A DNA stretch of 64,000 nucleotides, taken from assembly GCF_018977255.1 (NCBI RefSeq), contig NW_024704743.1:107386001-107450000 (forward strand), read 5' to 3'. Position 1 is the first letter of the stretch; the number at the start of each line of letters is the position of its first letter. Source of the stretch: Callorhinchus milii. Its lineage: Eukaryota. The notes below the pieces were generated by a model. That model did no database searches, was not told the origin of the DNA, and saw only the letters and a program-made list of their open reading frames with translations. This document shows, one piece after another, positions 13,351 to 26,539 of this stretch. The position numbers and the translations under genes are program-made.

Positions 13351-14240
13351 TTTCCATAATTCTACACAATATTACATCTTAAGATAATGATCTTAACACC
13401 TGAAAACATGAGAAACTCTGGGCCTCAGGAACGTGGTTTCATTTTGGAATGAATTCCATTGAGGAAGAGTGTGTGTGGTGTTATAGTTTTTTCTTTTTTG
13501 ACACGTTTTTCTTCCTTTGGATTTTCTGAAATTTTTAGTCCTCAACTATCTTGACATTTTCACGTTAGAGATGTGTAACTCAAACGTCTTTGGATCCTGT
13601 TCTCCCCAGTGCCCCTGGTGTTGACCAGAAATCCCTCACTTGCAGAATTCCTTCCTTTTCTGTAGCCAAGATGCACTCCCGCTCTTCACAAACATCAAGG
13701 TTGATATACCCTGTTGGTTACAGTACCCTTTAAGAGATAGCGCACCACAAAAGTAGGAAAAGAACAACAATATGAATACTTCTCAAAGGGGACTTCACAA
13801 AGACAGAGTAGGAGTTCAAGCAGTTTGGGAAATAGGAAAGGTAACAAAGAAGATGACCAAAAGCACAGTCAATTAGATAGGTTTCCAGAAGGGTTTTGGA
13901 AGCTGAGAGGCAGGATACATGATGGAGGGACCTAAGGAGAAAATTCCAATGAGCAGCATAGGGGTGTGACAGTGGCATAGGTGGCTGAAATAGACCATGT
14001 AATTCTGTTTTATGCGTTTACTCTGCAAGAGTTTGAACCTGGAAACATGGGACAAGATTTGGGGTCACACCTATAATTACCCACGAGCCAAACCTCAGAA
14101 TCTGCTGTCTCTCTTATAGACATGCATTCTCCTACAAGTACAGTCACCACATTTTACGGTAAATGCTGTGAAATGCTTTGAGATATTTCAATGAAGTGGT
14201 AAAGCGCTATTATATATCAAATTCCAACAATCTATCTCTG

Positions 14241-14348
14241 GGATTTCCATGTGTAGTGGGATGCATGGAAATCTCAGTTTGGTTTGGATACTCTTAAGCA
14301 TGGTAATGGGTTGCCGTATGTGTCAGACACCCAGCTGACCAAAAAAAA
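14241..14348 (+). repeat. 3' part of the unassigned repeat family with stem-loop and poly(A)
   Basis: 'ctcttaagcatggtaatgggtt...gtcagacacccagctgaccaaaaaaaa' shared with 19390, 28202 and 34190. Confidence 0.7.
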
Positions 14349-15087
14349 GCTAAAGGTAAGGCAATGGCTATAAATGAGGGTGATTTTAGGTAAGCATCAA
14401 AAAGTTGACAGATATCTGTAAGAATGCATGCTGAGACTCAACTGACATAGACACTGATGCTCTGTGAATACTAAGCAGTTGGTTTCTTGCCTGTAAATTC
14501 TCATGCCAGTTTCATTTACTTTCCTCGGTTTTGTCTCTGTTGCAAAAAGCAATTAATGACCAATGTAAATACTGCACTCACGCACTACTATACCAAACTT
14601 CCTAAATTGGTTGTAGACCTCAGTTAAGGTTTATAACATCTGTCGATTATTTTGGATAGTGGATTTTATGAGTGAATAAGTGGAAAATTCCAGGGTAGCT
14701 TGTTTAAGTTAAGTTTGCCCATGGTTAGTTGGCTTAATTATTGTTTTAGTTATCTTGCACTAATGCATCACAGCTGGTTTTAATTCTGTCTGTAAATGTG
14801 AACTTGTATTCATTAAACTAAGAGCAGCAATTGTCCAATACTGTGCTAAATTCCATGGTTGGAATAGTTTTACATGCGTTAATTTATCACATTAGAATCT
14901 AAGCTTGGACAACATTAAAGTAGTTATGCAGAGCTCCATGACACAAACTTCAATTCTTTCTTGATCGAGGAGACATGTTAGGATAATGGAGTAGTGAGGG
15001 CATAAGGGGAGGAAACAAAAGTATTGCTTTGACACAAGGATGACTCATTTGGATCCACCTTGGAATCGAAAAGAATAAGGTAAATGG

Positions 15088-15320
15088 GAACATAGGAATA
15101 GAAGTAAGCCGATCAGCTCCTCGAGTCTGTTCCTCCATTTTATTAGATCATGGCTGTTATGTGCCTCAACTCCAAATACTTGCCTTTGCCCCATATCCCT
15201 TGACACCCCTACCTAACAAAAATCTATCCACCTCAGTTTTGAAAATTCAAATGGATCCAGTCTTTTGGGGAAGAGAGTTCCAGATTTAAACTACCCGTTG
15301 TATGAAAAAATGCTTCCTGT
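15088..15320 (-). mobile_element. CR1 LINE 3' fragment
   Basis: Similar to 57908-58282 ('ccatatcccttg', 'ggaagagagttccagatt'). Confidence 0.75.
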
Positions 15321-15637
15321 AAAGAGAAGTAATGGAAGAGGTTGGGAACAGATCATGTGCCTGACCTAAATGCACCCCTTTTTTTGGAGTGGGGGGGCAA
15401 TTATATTATATAGACAAAGAACCCAACACTCTGTGGTGTATATTGATGGGGGCAATGGGGTCTCTCAGGCTGAGAGGGATATCAATGAAACAAAATGAGC
15501 CATGGTTCCTGCTCCTGAATTGTATCTAAGCTTTCATGCTGGGGGTGACTCCTTTCCTCCCGAGTGGTCAGCTAGCTCCTCCCCTTTGGGAGACACAACT
15601 CAGCATCAAAGGCATATAAATGCAAGTTGTTGAATAC

Positions 15638-17262
15638 CCACCACCTGCTCTTTGACCCCATCCCCACTCCACTCCTTATCTCCCAGCTCCACCTCCTTGC
15701 CCAACTTCTCACAGACATCATTAACCTGTCCCTCTCCTCTGGCTCTGTTCCCATTCCCCTAAAAACTGCCACCATCACTCCCACTTTGAAAAAACCTTCC
15801 CTTGATGCGTCGCAGCTATCAAGCTACCGGCCCATCTCCAACCTCCCCTTCCTGTCCAAGTTCCTTGAAAGAGTTGTCGCCTCCCAGCTGCGCTCTTTCC
15901 TCTCCACCCATTCATTATTTGAACCCCTTAGCACTGCCCATAGTGCGGAAACCGCTCTGGTCAAGGTTACTAATGACATCTTGACCATCTGCGACCAGGG
16001 CTCCCTCTGCCTCCTCGACCTATCGGCCGCATTCGATACGGTCGACCACGCTATCCTCCTCCACCGCTTGTCCTCCCACCTCAACCTTCAAGGCCCTGTC
16101 CTTGAGTGGTTTAGGTCCTACGTCTCCCACCGTCTTCATTTTGTTTCCACAAATGGTTTTTCCTCCAGCCCCCACACTGTCTCGTGCGGTGTGCCTCAGG
16201 GCTCTGTCCTCGGTCCCCTCCTCTTCACCCTCTATATGCTCCCCCTTGGTGACATCATCCGCAGACATGGGGTTAACTTCCACATGTATACGGATGACAC
16301 CCAACTCTACCTTTCCTCTTCTACCCTCAACTCCACGACCACCGATGTCCTGACAGCCTGCCTGTCTGACAACGGTCCTGGATGAGAGACAACTTTCTTC
16401 AGCTAAACGTGCGCAAAACTGAGGCCCTCCTGATTGGCTCGCGTCAGCGCCTCCGCACCTCAGGTGCTGACAGCATCAGCATCCAAGGCTGCACTCTCCA
16501 CCTCTCAAAGCCAGTCAGGAACCTTGGTGTTCTGTTCGACCCTGAGCTGTCCTTTCTTCCTCATATCCGTGCCTTCCATCACCTCCGGAATATCGCCAGA
16601 CTACGGCACTACCTCACCACTCACGCTGCTGAAACTCTGGTCCACGCCTTTATCACCTCAAGGCTGGACTATGGGAACTCTCTCCTCGCCGGCCTTCCCG
16701 GCACTTCCCTCCACAAGCTGCAGGTCATTCAGAACTCTGGAGCTCGTGTACTGTCCCGCACCAGGCTTCGCGACCACATCACTCCCACCCTCGCTCGCCT
16801 CCACTGGCTCCCCATCCCCCAGAGGATCAAATTCAAGATCCTCATCCTCACCTACAAGACCATTCACGGCCTTGCTCCCTCCTACCTCTCCAACTTACTA
16901 TCCCCCTACTTACCTGCCCGTACCCTCCGTTCCTCTGGCTCCGGTCTGCTCCACATCCCCCGCACTAACCGCCCTACCATCGGTGGCCGGGCCTTCAGTC
17001 TCTCAGCCCCTAGGCTCTGGAACTCTATCCCCCAGTGCCTTCGCTTTGCCTCCTCCCTTTCCTCCTTCAAGACTGGTCTCAAGACCTTTCTCTTCGACCA
17101 TGCCTTCAGCTCCCCTCTCGATTCTCTACCCCCTCCTCGCTCCCTCCCTTCCCTCCCCTCCCCTGACCGTTTCCCCCCTGCTTGGGTCCCAACCCAACTG
17201 TCAGCGCCTTGGGACGTCCTCCCGACGTGAAAGGCACTCTATAAATGAAATTTTGTTGTTGT
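15638..17262 (+). mobile_element. 5'-truncated L2 LINE: ORF2 reverse transcriptase and C-terminal domain, frameshifted (non-functional)
   Basis: ORFs 15627-16385 and 16382-17230 carry [48 protein letters not shown] and HWLP; frameshift near 16380; apparent small in-frame deletions; 3' stem-loop 'acgtcctcccgacgt' and (TTG)n tail. Confidence 0.95.
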
Positions 17263-17273
17263 GTGGATTGGGT

Positions 17274-17694
17274 GTGTTAAACTAAGTGAATTCACCGCAT
17301 ATACTCCCTCCCCCATATACTCTCTGTTCCAGGCTCAAGGACTGGAGAACAAAGAGGCCTAGGCTAAATGGCTGGTCAAGCATTTACAGAGAATGTGGTT
17401 GAGCAGGAAGCCTTCAGAAATTGGTAGAGGTGTGAGTAATGAGTGCTGGAGCAGGGGCAAGGCAATCTGTGAGCAAGAGTGGCTGTAAGAGAGAGAGTGC
17501 ATAACACCAATGGTGATCCCACACACCTGGACCCCTCTGAGTGCATTAGAGTTACCAAGTCTCATCTGTCTTGGTTAGGCCACTTGAGGCCTGCTAAGGT
17601 TTCCCCGTGTATTAATAAACCATGTAATTCACAAACTAAATCTTTCTCCATGTGCGTTTAGTATATAATATTCTTTTGCAGTTTTTTTTAACAC
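17274..17694 (+). mobile_element. Possible solo LTR-like segment
   Basis: Bounded by TGTTAA...TTAACA (8-bp inverted repeat gtgttaaa/tttaacac) with AATAAA about 75 nt before the end; no target-site duplication visible. Confidence 0.3.
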
Positions 17695-18249
17695 CAGAAA
17701 TTGCCACTAACTTTTTTTCCCTTTACATTAGAGATTTTGGACAGTAAATTACACAGGGTAACCATATAATTACAATTTGTGATATGCCATGTGAGAATTA
17801 TTGCCAGTGAAAAATAGCCCCCACAATCTTTTCTAAATTACAAGCAGACAGGTTATTGGTCAGTTACTGAAATAGACTCAAGGCTCAATTTTTCAGCATC
17901 AGCTTGTGGAGCAGTTTCTTCAGGAATTTTCTACAAAATGATATTTTTAGGTTAGTGCAGCCTCCAGGTGCTTGATCGCTAAGTGAGGATAGAGCCAGAG
18001 TCACATGTGGGTTGGTGGAGAGGAGGATAATTGTAGCCTCAATCCAACATTGCAGGCGGTATAAATGAAAATGGATAATATGGAATATTGTTCACAACTC
18101 AGTGTTAAAATACCTCTAACTTTCACTGGTCCTGTTCATACAGCCTCCCTCACTTCCCCCCACTCCACTCCCCGGTCATGTTAAACTCATTAAGAGCCTG
18201 GCTTTAGATTGGCTGATATTCCATTGTTATATCTTCCCTAATTTCTTTA

Positions 18250-18700
18250 TCTTCTGGCACTTGGACATACTGCCAGTCTCAAAATGGTTTAAACACTAGA
18301 AGCATTAATGTTCCCAATACCCAGCAGCACAACCCAAACAATTAGCTCCCAGGAGGATAACTCGCCTTGCCCCCACACTCATTGCTTTCTACCATTGAGA
18401 CAATTTGGCATTTCCTAATACAGTTTAATAAACTACCATGTAATTCATGTGGCCTGAACATTAGGCAGTGGTCTATTATGCAGATGCCTTCCTGAAACCA
18501 CATCCACTGTCTGATCCCCATCCACAAAGTCTGTGATTTCCTCAAAAAAATCCAACACATTTGTTAAGCATGACTTCCAACTCCTGAAGCCCAGCAGTCT
18601 GTGTCTGATTACTCACCACCTAATGATGACCCACTTATAATATCTCTCAACATCATTTTGTACAATTTCCTCACAATTGACATGTGGTTTACAGGTCATC
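18250..18700 (-). mobile_element. Ancient CR1 RT-region remnant
   Basis: Minus strand resembles CR1 'SCLTN..DFFEEITDFVDGDQTVDV..FQ.AF' and downstream segments with many lesions. Confidence 0.55.
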
Positions 18701-19389
18701 GAGGAAGCTCGGGGCATGTTGGAAACAACACAGAGGAGGCTAACCTACTCTTAAGAGTGATGGTGCTCTCTTAGGAGCACCAAAGAACTGGTGTTTCCAT
18801 GCAACTGTGCTTCTTTGTCAAACTTCTTTACTTGGCACACTTAAAAACTGATTCTCAGACCGCAGTAACAGCATTGCATTTACAAGCAATAAGTGCTGTC
18901 TTACTTCCCTGACATTCCACGCAGAACATGGCAGCAAATCACCAACAGCATTCTAAAAGGATATTGAAAACTACAACTTCACATCCAGTACAAAGCCTTT
19001 GATCACACTGTTCCACTGAATAAAATAGCTTTTTGAAAACTGGAGGGAAAGATTGCTTACAATGAGGTCCATTTTGCAGAATTTCTTAATGGGATTTGGT
19101 CATTCAAAGTTGAATTTCTTCCAGGAACTGGGAGTACAGATAAACTCCAGCTAGCTGGACTAATGGGGGCGAGGGGATTTCCAGCTAAATATAATTACAA
19201 TGCCAGTAATGCAAAAAAATGCACATTCGGTGCCTGAAAATGCCGGTATTCAGGTCCTTCTGGGGAGGGAACGACTTGACACATTCTCACACATACTCTC
19301 TCTCTCTCACACACACAACACACTCTCTCTCTCTCTCTCTGACCGCCATATCAGACAAATTCAAATTTGCAGAGTACATAGGTGGCACT

Positions 19390-19467
19390 CTCAGTAGTTT
19401 GAATTGGATGTTAAGCATAGCAATGGGTTTCCATGTGTGTCAGACACCCGGCTGACTCAAAGAAAAA
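19390..19467 (+). repeat. 3' end of the unassigned repeat family
   Basis: 'ttaagcatagcaatgggtttccatgtgtgtcagacacccggctgactcaaagaaaaa'. Confidence 0.7.
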
Positions 19468-20887
19468 TGCTCTCACTAACAGCAAATATCCAGCCTCTAG
19501 TTATTTTTGGCATTACACATTAAACCATTATGGCTGTAGATAGTGTAGTTTGGAAGCAAACAAAGTCCATTTTTCATATGATCAACTTTAGGCTGAGCTT
19601 TCATTTTCTCTGAGTAAAACAAACGTATTTTAGTAATTCTGTGGTAGAGATATTAGAATTCCGGACAATTACCCTTACAGGAAAATGAATTACAGAACAG
19701 TAAGAATAATTCTCCTATAAACCTATAAAATCAGCAGTTTAATTTATTGTTTCATTAAGTTATATACAGTAATTCATTATAGAAGCCCTATGAAGAGATA
19801 ATTGCATCCAGTGTCTGAAATTGGTGTTGGTGCTTAATCACGTGTATCAAAGCAGTGGGTGGACATTTCCAGCATAAATTAATACGAGCTGCACTATTAG
19901 ACTATAGTGTAAAGCTCTAATCTGGAATACTGGGCGTAGTACTTGTAATTTTAAAAGAGCAACATTATGAGTTATAAAAATGGGTATCTCTTTATGTAAC
20001 AAAGCCTCATTCTTTTTTAGAAACAATATCCATTTCTAATAGTACGCATGGTCTGAACTTCAACGACGTTCAATAAAACGTTCACAGAAAACTCTTATCA
20101 AAACCAAACAGACATTTCCCTCTCCAAAAAGTAATATTTTTCGAGCAAAAAAAAGAATAGAGATCTTTTTTAAGAAAAACCCAGTGAACGAGTTTAAATG
20201 TTTTTATTGCAGTTGTAAAATTCTTTGAATAAATCAGCAACACGGTGCTAAATGCGATAAGAAGGTTCCACTTTAAATGGATTGCGTTTTAAATAGTTTT
20301 CTTGGCATGCAGCCTCCGTTGATCTGCAGAATGGGTTGTATACTTAAAGAAAGATCCGAGTAAGAACCAATTACTATCAGCACCGTGTTTACCATTGTAG
20401 TCGAACAAAAATCTTTTAATCACATCTAACAGATGTTTTCTTTATTTTTGCACTAATAGAAATGAGCACAATGCTACTGTACTTCATTATACTGCCTGCC
20501 TTTGTTCATCCTGCGATGTACTCACTGATCAGCAGGCCACAGCACAACAGCAAAAACAGAAAGGTCAAAATATACATATGCCGGCAATTTGATTCCGTCT
20601 AGACTGGGAATAGTTTCTGTTTGGGGTATTCATTTCAGGCTTGAACTTCACATGTTCCTTTCTGTGGGTTTGACTGTCACTGTCTACATGCAACAGCGGC
20701 AACAATCATGTGTGACACCTTGGAATTATAAGCTATTAGTCAAATGCTCATCAGAGTGCAGTTGCACAGTGGCCCGTTCTTACTCGGACGGAAGACACTT
20801 GCGGGTCTGGAAAAAGTTTGCTCATGAAATATAAACGTGCTATTGAATACGTTAAGGAACATTGTATTTTTCAATCTATTACTAAAT

Positions 20888-20950
20888 ACTGGCTGAGGTG
20901 TAAACTCTCCCTCCCACACTGGGGGAGGGAGAGTTCACACCTCAGCCAGT
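20888..20950. repeat. Near-perfect 28-bp inverted repeat (hairpin, 7-nt loop)
   Basis: ACTGGCTGAGGTGTAAACTCTCCCTCCC / GGGAGGGAGAGTTCACACCTCAGCCAGT, one mismatch. Confidence 0.95.
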
Positions 20951-21564
20951 TCACTGTGCCAGTTCCCTCAAACCATTCACTGCGCTGATGTGTCTTCAGT
21001 GCAGTGAACAGGCCTGAAATCAATCCAGCGCTACTACCTCGGTTTCCCACTAGTGGCTGCGATTGGAGTTTCTGATTCCAGTGCGCAGCATTTCAGGCTC
21101 CTTCATAGGACGCTGGCTCTACTATATAAACATAGATTGAAAGATCCCATTTTTCACCCATTTTTAACATGTTGTACAACATTATTTTTATTCATTATTC
21201 TTTAAAAACATTTTTTTTTAAATTCTTTTTGAAGAGGTGTAGCGTATGAAAGCAAAGCAGCTATACTGCAGTGAAACAGAATGCTGGTCAGATGCCATTG
21301 GATTGCGGAGTATTGGTGGGAGGGATATCTTGAAGGCCAATTCACCAAGATGGATTTGGCCTTGATGAGAGAGAGGCTGGGAAAACTGGAGCTATCTTGC
21401 CAAAACTGAGGAGGTCTCTGATTTTGAAAGAACAGTATCCATATCTGTCATTCTTTGACCCAATGTGCATTAACTCACACTTTGGTGCGTTGAACTCCAT
21501 CTGCCATTTTTCCACCCACGAAGTAATCTGTTGACGTTCATTTGTAATTTGGATTAGATTTAAT

Positions 21565-22337
21565 CATAGAAATCTACAGTGTAGAAAGCGGCCATTCAGT
21601 GTGTCGGTCTGTGCTGGCACGTTTAAGAGCAATGCTTTCAGGCACATTTACCTGCCCTTTCACTATGTAGTTTTTTCCTTTTTAGGTATTTATCTGTTTC
21701 ACTTTTGAAAGTAAACACAGATTCTGCATCAACCACTGCTCCTGACAGGGCATCCCATAAGCTAACCACTCTATATGTGAGAAAAACATTCTCCTAACCT
21801 TCACAATTGCTCATTTGCTAACTATCTTAAATTTTGATTCCCTCCAGTCACTGACTCACCAAACAATGGAGTTAATCAAAATACTTCATCTGAGTGAAGT
21901 CTTTGAAGCAATAAAGGAAATTGGTGAGATAGATAAGTTAAAAAAANTCTCTATGGGAGAAATCAGAGAAAAAAAGAAACACAATCATAAAATCAGAGCT
22001 AATGCATTTGAAAGTGAATCAGAAAATATTTCCTTGGAATAATGGGCTGAAATTCTGATTGTTGCTAAGCATAGTATTTTTGCATTTATAAGGGCCAAAG
22101 GAGTAACACCTGACACCAACCGAGATTTCGGCTCAACAGTCTTTTGAGAGTGTGGAATTCAATGTCCGACATGTTCCATAGCTACAGAATCAATCAACAT
22201 GTTTTAGAGACAGATACACAAATACTCGGGAATTAAGGGATTTGCAGGAAAGATGGGAAAATAAGGTTAAAATATTAAAGAGCTGTCATGGACTAATAAT
22301 GGAGGAGCAGGTTTGATGGACTTCTAATGTTCCTATG
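21565..22337. mobile_element. Two decayed CR1 3' fragments (about 21565-21860 minus, 21890-22337 plus); the second holds a ~90 bp MITE-like insert (22044-22133)
   Basis: CR1 3' end motifs 'catagaaatctacag...ggccattcag' and 'gagagtgtggaattc...ggagcaggtttgatggac'; insert ends gggctgaaat / atttcggctc. Confidence 0.55.
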
Positions 22338-22844
22338 ACATCAGCTTCTGCTTTGCTACCCATGAATTGGAGAGATTTCAAAACAAGATTAAAACTTTCA
22401 TTTCTTTTCTTCAGTTTTGTTCAGCTTTAAATGCAACACAAGACTTCATTAGTTAACAAGCAGTTCATCATCAATATTAAACATTCCAGACGCTACATTC
22501 TCTCTGAACCTTAGAACAGCGCCCTACTAACCTACCGCAATGCATATCAATTATGGTTGATAGAATAAGACTCAGTACCGACATTCTGTGTGATCCAAAC
22601 TGACAGCAGAGTTCAACTCCTTTCAAACTCAAAGACAGATCTAAACCATTAAAATTACCATCAAAGTCAACAATACAAGTGAAAACCTGGCTCCGCTTTA
22701 AGATCAGATATTTGGTACAGCAAAGAATTATATTCCCATAAAGTCCTGGATGGAATTTGATAAAATTAGGATCAAACTTCTAATTATTAATATTTGTGCC
22801 AATTTTCTCTCCTGCAGATGTTGATGTTGCTTCCCATCTAATTG

Positions 22845-23168
22845 ATTTCAAAGTCCTCACCCTCAACCATTAATCCCTCCATGCCCTGGTATCCTCTTTA
22901 TCTCTCCAATCTTCTCTTACTCTTGTACTCTGCTCATACCCTGCCATCACGGTATTGGTGGCCGAGACTTCAATTCTTTCTGAAACTCCCTCCCTCTACC
23001 TATTCATTTCTTCCCCTCTCTATCTATCTTTAAGTTCTGCCTCAAAACCTATGTCTTTGAACATGTCTATATTCTCACCTCCCCCTCTCAATTGTTCAAT
23101 GTCCTTATGAAACATTCCAAGACGTTACCCTAAATGAAGGGCACTATATAACTGCAAGTTGTTGTTGA
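22845..23168 (+). mobile_element. Decayed L2 3' fragment
   Basis: 'tttaagttctgcctcaaaacc' and tail 'gggcactatataactgcaagttgttgttg'. Confidence 0.65.
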
Positions 23169-25169
23169 TTCTTATTGATGTAGTTCATGGTGGCAATCAG
23201 CCCTCTGGTTTCTCACCACATGGAAGTATAAAAAATGTTTTTGTGTGTGTCTGGGGGGTGGGGGAGGGGGGGAGAGATAGAGAGCCATTAACTGATTTCC
23301 ATTCAGTGTATCAAATGTTTATAAAGTGATCAAATCTATTGAATTATGAATGTTAACTCTTCAAAGACTCTGAAAAATAGTGATATAAAATCAAATGATC
23401 ATTTTTATGTTTGAGGTAGAAATAGAGGATCTCTATCTGAAGTCTAGCAGGCTAGTGCTGATTTAAAAGTTACTTATACAAGTTACATCATTGCTTGGCA
23501 AGATTATCTGCACAACAGGTTTTGTGTGATCAATTTACCTATACAAATATATCGATTTCTATCCCTTCATTATTATCGTATTCCATCCATCTGCCATTAA
23601 TCCTTTCAATTCATAGTTTTCATTCCCTAAATGTATTATTTATCTTATCCAGCCATCTATGTTGTTGTCATCTCTACCATTTTTAATTCATGCCGAGGTG
23701 CCATGCATTCAATCAATGTCTTAGTGCCACAGCACATCTCTGTCGACAGCATAACCTGGTACCGGAATAAACACTAGTCTTTATCCCTCTTACAACCTCG
23801 AATCACCTAGAGTACGCTTAAAAATATCTTGCACGGCGCGATAATTAGGATCAGGTATCCGAGCTTCAAATATTCCATCTTTCTAAAACGTTCTATTGTA
23901 CATTTGAATTGTTATTAGCTAATAGTAATAGGGTTCACAGCCATCCGCGCACTTCAGTGGGAAGGAAATGCATTCAATTCTCTCTGGCTGAAATAAAATA
24001 TAGGCAAAAATAAAAAAAAATGTTTCCCTGGGGGAATTACGACAATCCTGTGGGCACCAGACAACAAAACAGCATCCAATTTTATTGAGGTCAAAAAGAT
24101 CCTGTATCATTTCAGACTATCTATTCTTGGCATTTGAACTGCTGTCTCCTCACCTTCTCCGAGTGCCTTAGGGGTGTGCTGGTAATGTGGCAGACCTTAG
24201 CTGTAAGAACATTCCTCCCCAAACTAGAATGTAATGTCCTCTATGGGAAGAAAGGTACAAACTGACAGAGAAAAAATTAAATAAAGAGCACTCTCATCAA
24301 CTTAACCTTTTGGCCAGCTGTAATATAAAAACCATCAACTGCAAATAACAGCAACAGAATGTCAGAAAAATGAAAACCGAAATTAAAAGCTGAGCCTGGA
24401 TCATGTTGCCTTTGAGGCTAAAAATAACTTGTTTTCTCTGGAAAATGTTCAGAGTTTCTTAGTTAAAGGGAATTTGTTGGATGGAGTAAATACAGCACTG
24501 TTCTGGTATAATTTATGTATTGAAGACTTAATCATCACTGTAGTATACAGCCAGTTCTCGTGCCCAGTACAGATACAGTTCATTTTTCACATTAGGTTGA
24601 CATATGAGGCAAGGACAGTACATTGGCATTTCATATAATGCCAAACACAATGTTTGCCTGTTTCTCAATACAGTCTCATCTTCTTCAGGACTTTGCGATA
24701 CTTTGCAGTTCAGTCTTGCAAGTGTCTGCCTCTCCTAGTTCTCTCGATTACTGTCACTCCAAGGCTTGCCTCCTTGAGTTCTACTATCTGTCAGAGTACC
24801 AGTTTCTTCTTTAAACAATTGGCTTTACACTACTGTCTATACTGATAATACTGCATTTATGTTGCACATTTGGTGGCAAATCAGTTAGCAATATGGTAGT
24901 GATACATCGCCAAACATGCTGTATAAACAGGGGCCGAGGTGTTGTGAATGGAACTGGAATCCTGCTCCTTCGACGCTCACAGTGCAAACACAGTGATGGT
25001 ATAAATCACACTAGGCTCATCTCTTGTGCTTTGTCTGGATGACCTGGAAACTTTAAAGAGCCAATTACATGACCATCTCTGCAATAACTTTTAAAAACAT
25101 CACCCAAATTTGAGCACTTTATTTTGTATACACAAAATGTCAACGTTGAGCTCTTTGTGGGATTTCAGT

Positions 25170-25408
25170 CATGATTTACAGCATTGTGGAATTACAAAGG
25201 TTGTACAGCATGGAAACAGGCCACTCGGACCAACCATTCCGTGCCGGTGTTTATATTTCACATGAGTCTTCAACCACTCATTACTTTCTCCCAAATTCTT
25301 CTATTCCCTTCTCCCTCATCTGCAGGTCTAGCTTCCTCTAGAGTTTAAGCGCTCCAAGACGCTGCCCCGCATGAAGGGAGCTATATAAATGCAAGTTGCT
25401 GTTGTTGA
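25170..25408. mobile_element. CR1 3' end (minus) followed by an L2 tail fragment (plus, 25343-25408)
   Basis: 'acagcatggaaacaggccactcggacc'; 'gctccaagacgctgccccgcatgaagggagctatataaatgcaagttg'. Confidence 0.6.
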
Positions 25409-26539
25409 GTAAAAATTGGATTTCCCACTCCCTATTGCTTGGGGAGAAATAGCTTTGTTTCTTGCACTAGAAAAGAAAGAACTGTTTATTGTGCCCAATA
25501 ATGGCAAAAAGTCTCTTCACAAGTAATTACCGTCAAGTGTAGTGACTGTTTTTTGTAGGCAAAATGGAACAACAATTTGTGCCAGCTAAATCCCATAGCC
25601 AAGATTTGAATGATAATTAATCTGGAGGTTTGTTAGCCAGGAATTTGTAGAAATGCCTTTTACTTTTCGAATCGTGTAACTTCTGGTCCATAAGGATGGA
25701 ATTTCTGAGAATGCAATGCTCCCCAAGCAATGCACTGGACTGTCAGCATCTACTATGATCTCAAATCCTGATGTGAGGCTTAAAAGTGTAACCTACCGAT
25801 TGAGAGGTGAGAGTACTACCACCATTCATGCAAGCTGTATAAACACAGCATAGATTCAGCAACTTTTTCTAACTTCCTATTTCCATCTTCCAGGTTGGTG
25901 CAGAACCTAGCAATAATGGGCAGCTTATTGATTTTTTNCCATTTCCTTTTGTGGATTTAAACCCACCCACTCTGTATCCCAGGGGAAGGTGCTCTCAGAT
26001 GTTCCAAAGTCCACATCAAAGCTTCAAGCTTTACCTGATGTGGTCAGGTGTACCATACCTTGCTCACTGCTCCCTCAGTTCTGGTACACAGTACAGCACC
26101 TGTAAACACTGAACAAGGATTCAGATAGCTGGGATTGTTACTAAACACATGCAAATATAGTAGCATCTGTTTGCAGAATTCAATGAAACAACTGGCAATG
26201 AAATCCTCATACAGCTAGTGTCTGAAGTATATTATCCACCGTTTGCTTTACCATAGCTTACAGCTGGTCCAGATCCAAATGCATGGCAAACCTTTGCCCA
26301 TATTGCTCAACTCGAAGCTTACTGCTGTTATTGGGTCCAACTTTTCTATGCCAAGTTTTCCAACAAATCAAACCTCAGAAGCATGATACATACCCTCCAG
26401 GGTGAGTAGTTGCATAAAGCTGCTTTATGTAATGAGATTAAGTAGAAATAAAAGTTGTTGTGTAGGCAAACAAGACAGCTATTAAAAATACATTATAATG
26501 TGTCTTCTTTGCTGAAAAAGTTCCCACAATTTCCTTTTA

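Noticed and set aside
14350..14830. Third possible LTR remnant (TATAAA ... ATTAAA)
   Set aside because: No definable termini, duplication or second copy
15627..17285. Functional reverse transcriptase gene or retron-like system
   Set aside because: 5'-truncated, no endonuclease domain, frameshifted, standard L2 tail; the overlapping Ser/Pro-rich ORFs are alternative frames
20899..20950. miR-30 family assignment for the 28-bp hairpin
   Set aside because: Only TGTAAAC is shared; the rest of the sequence and its position in the stem do not match
20984..21020. Hammerhead ribozyme
   Set aside because: CTGATGT lacks the CUGANGA core and the stems do not give hammerhead topology
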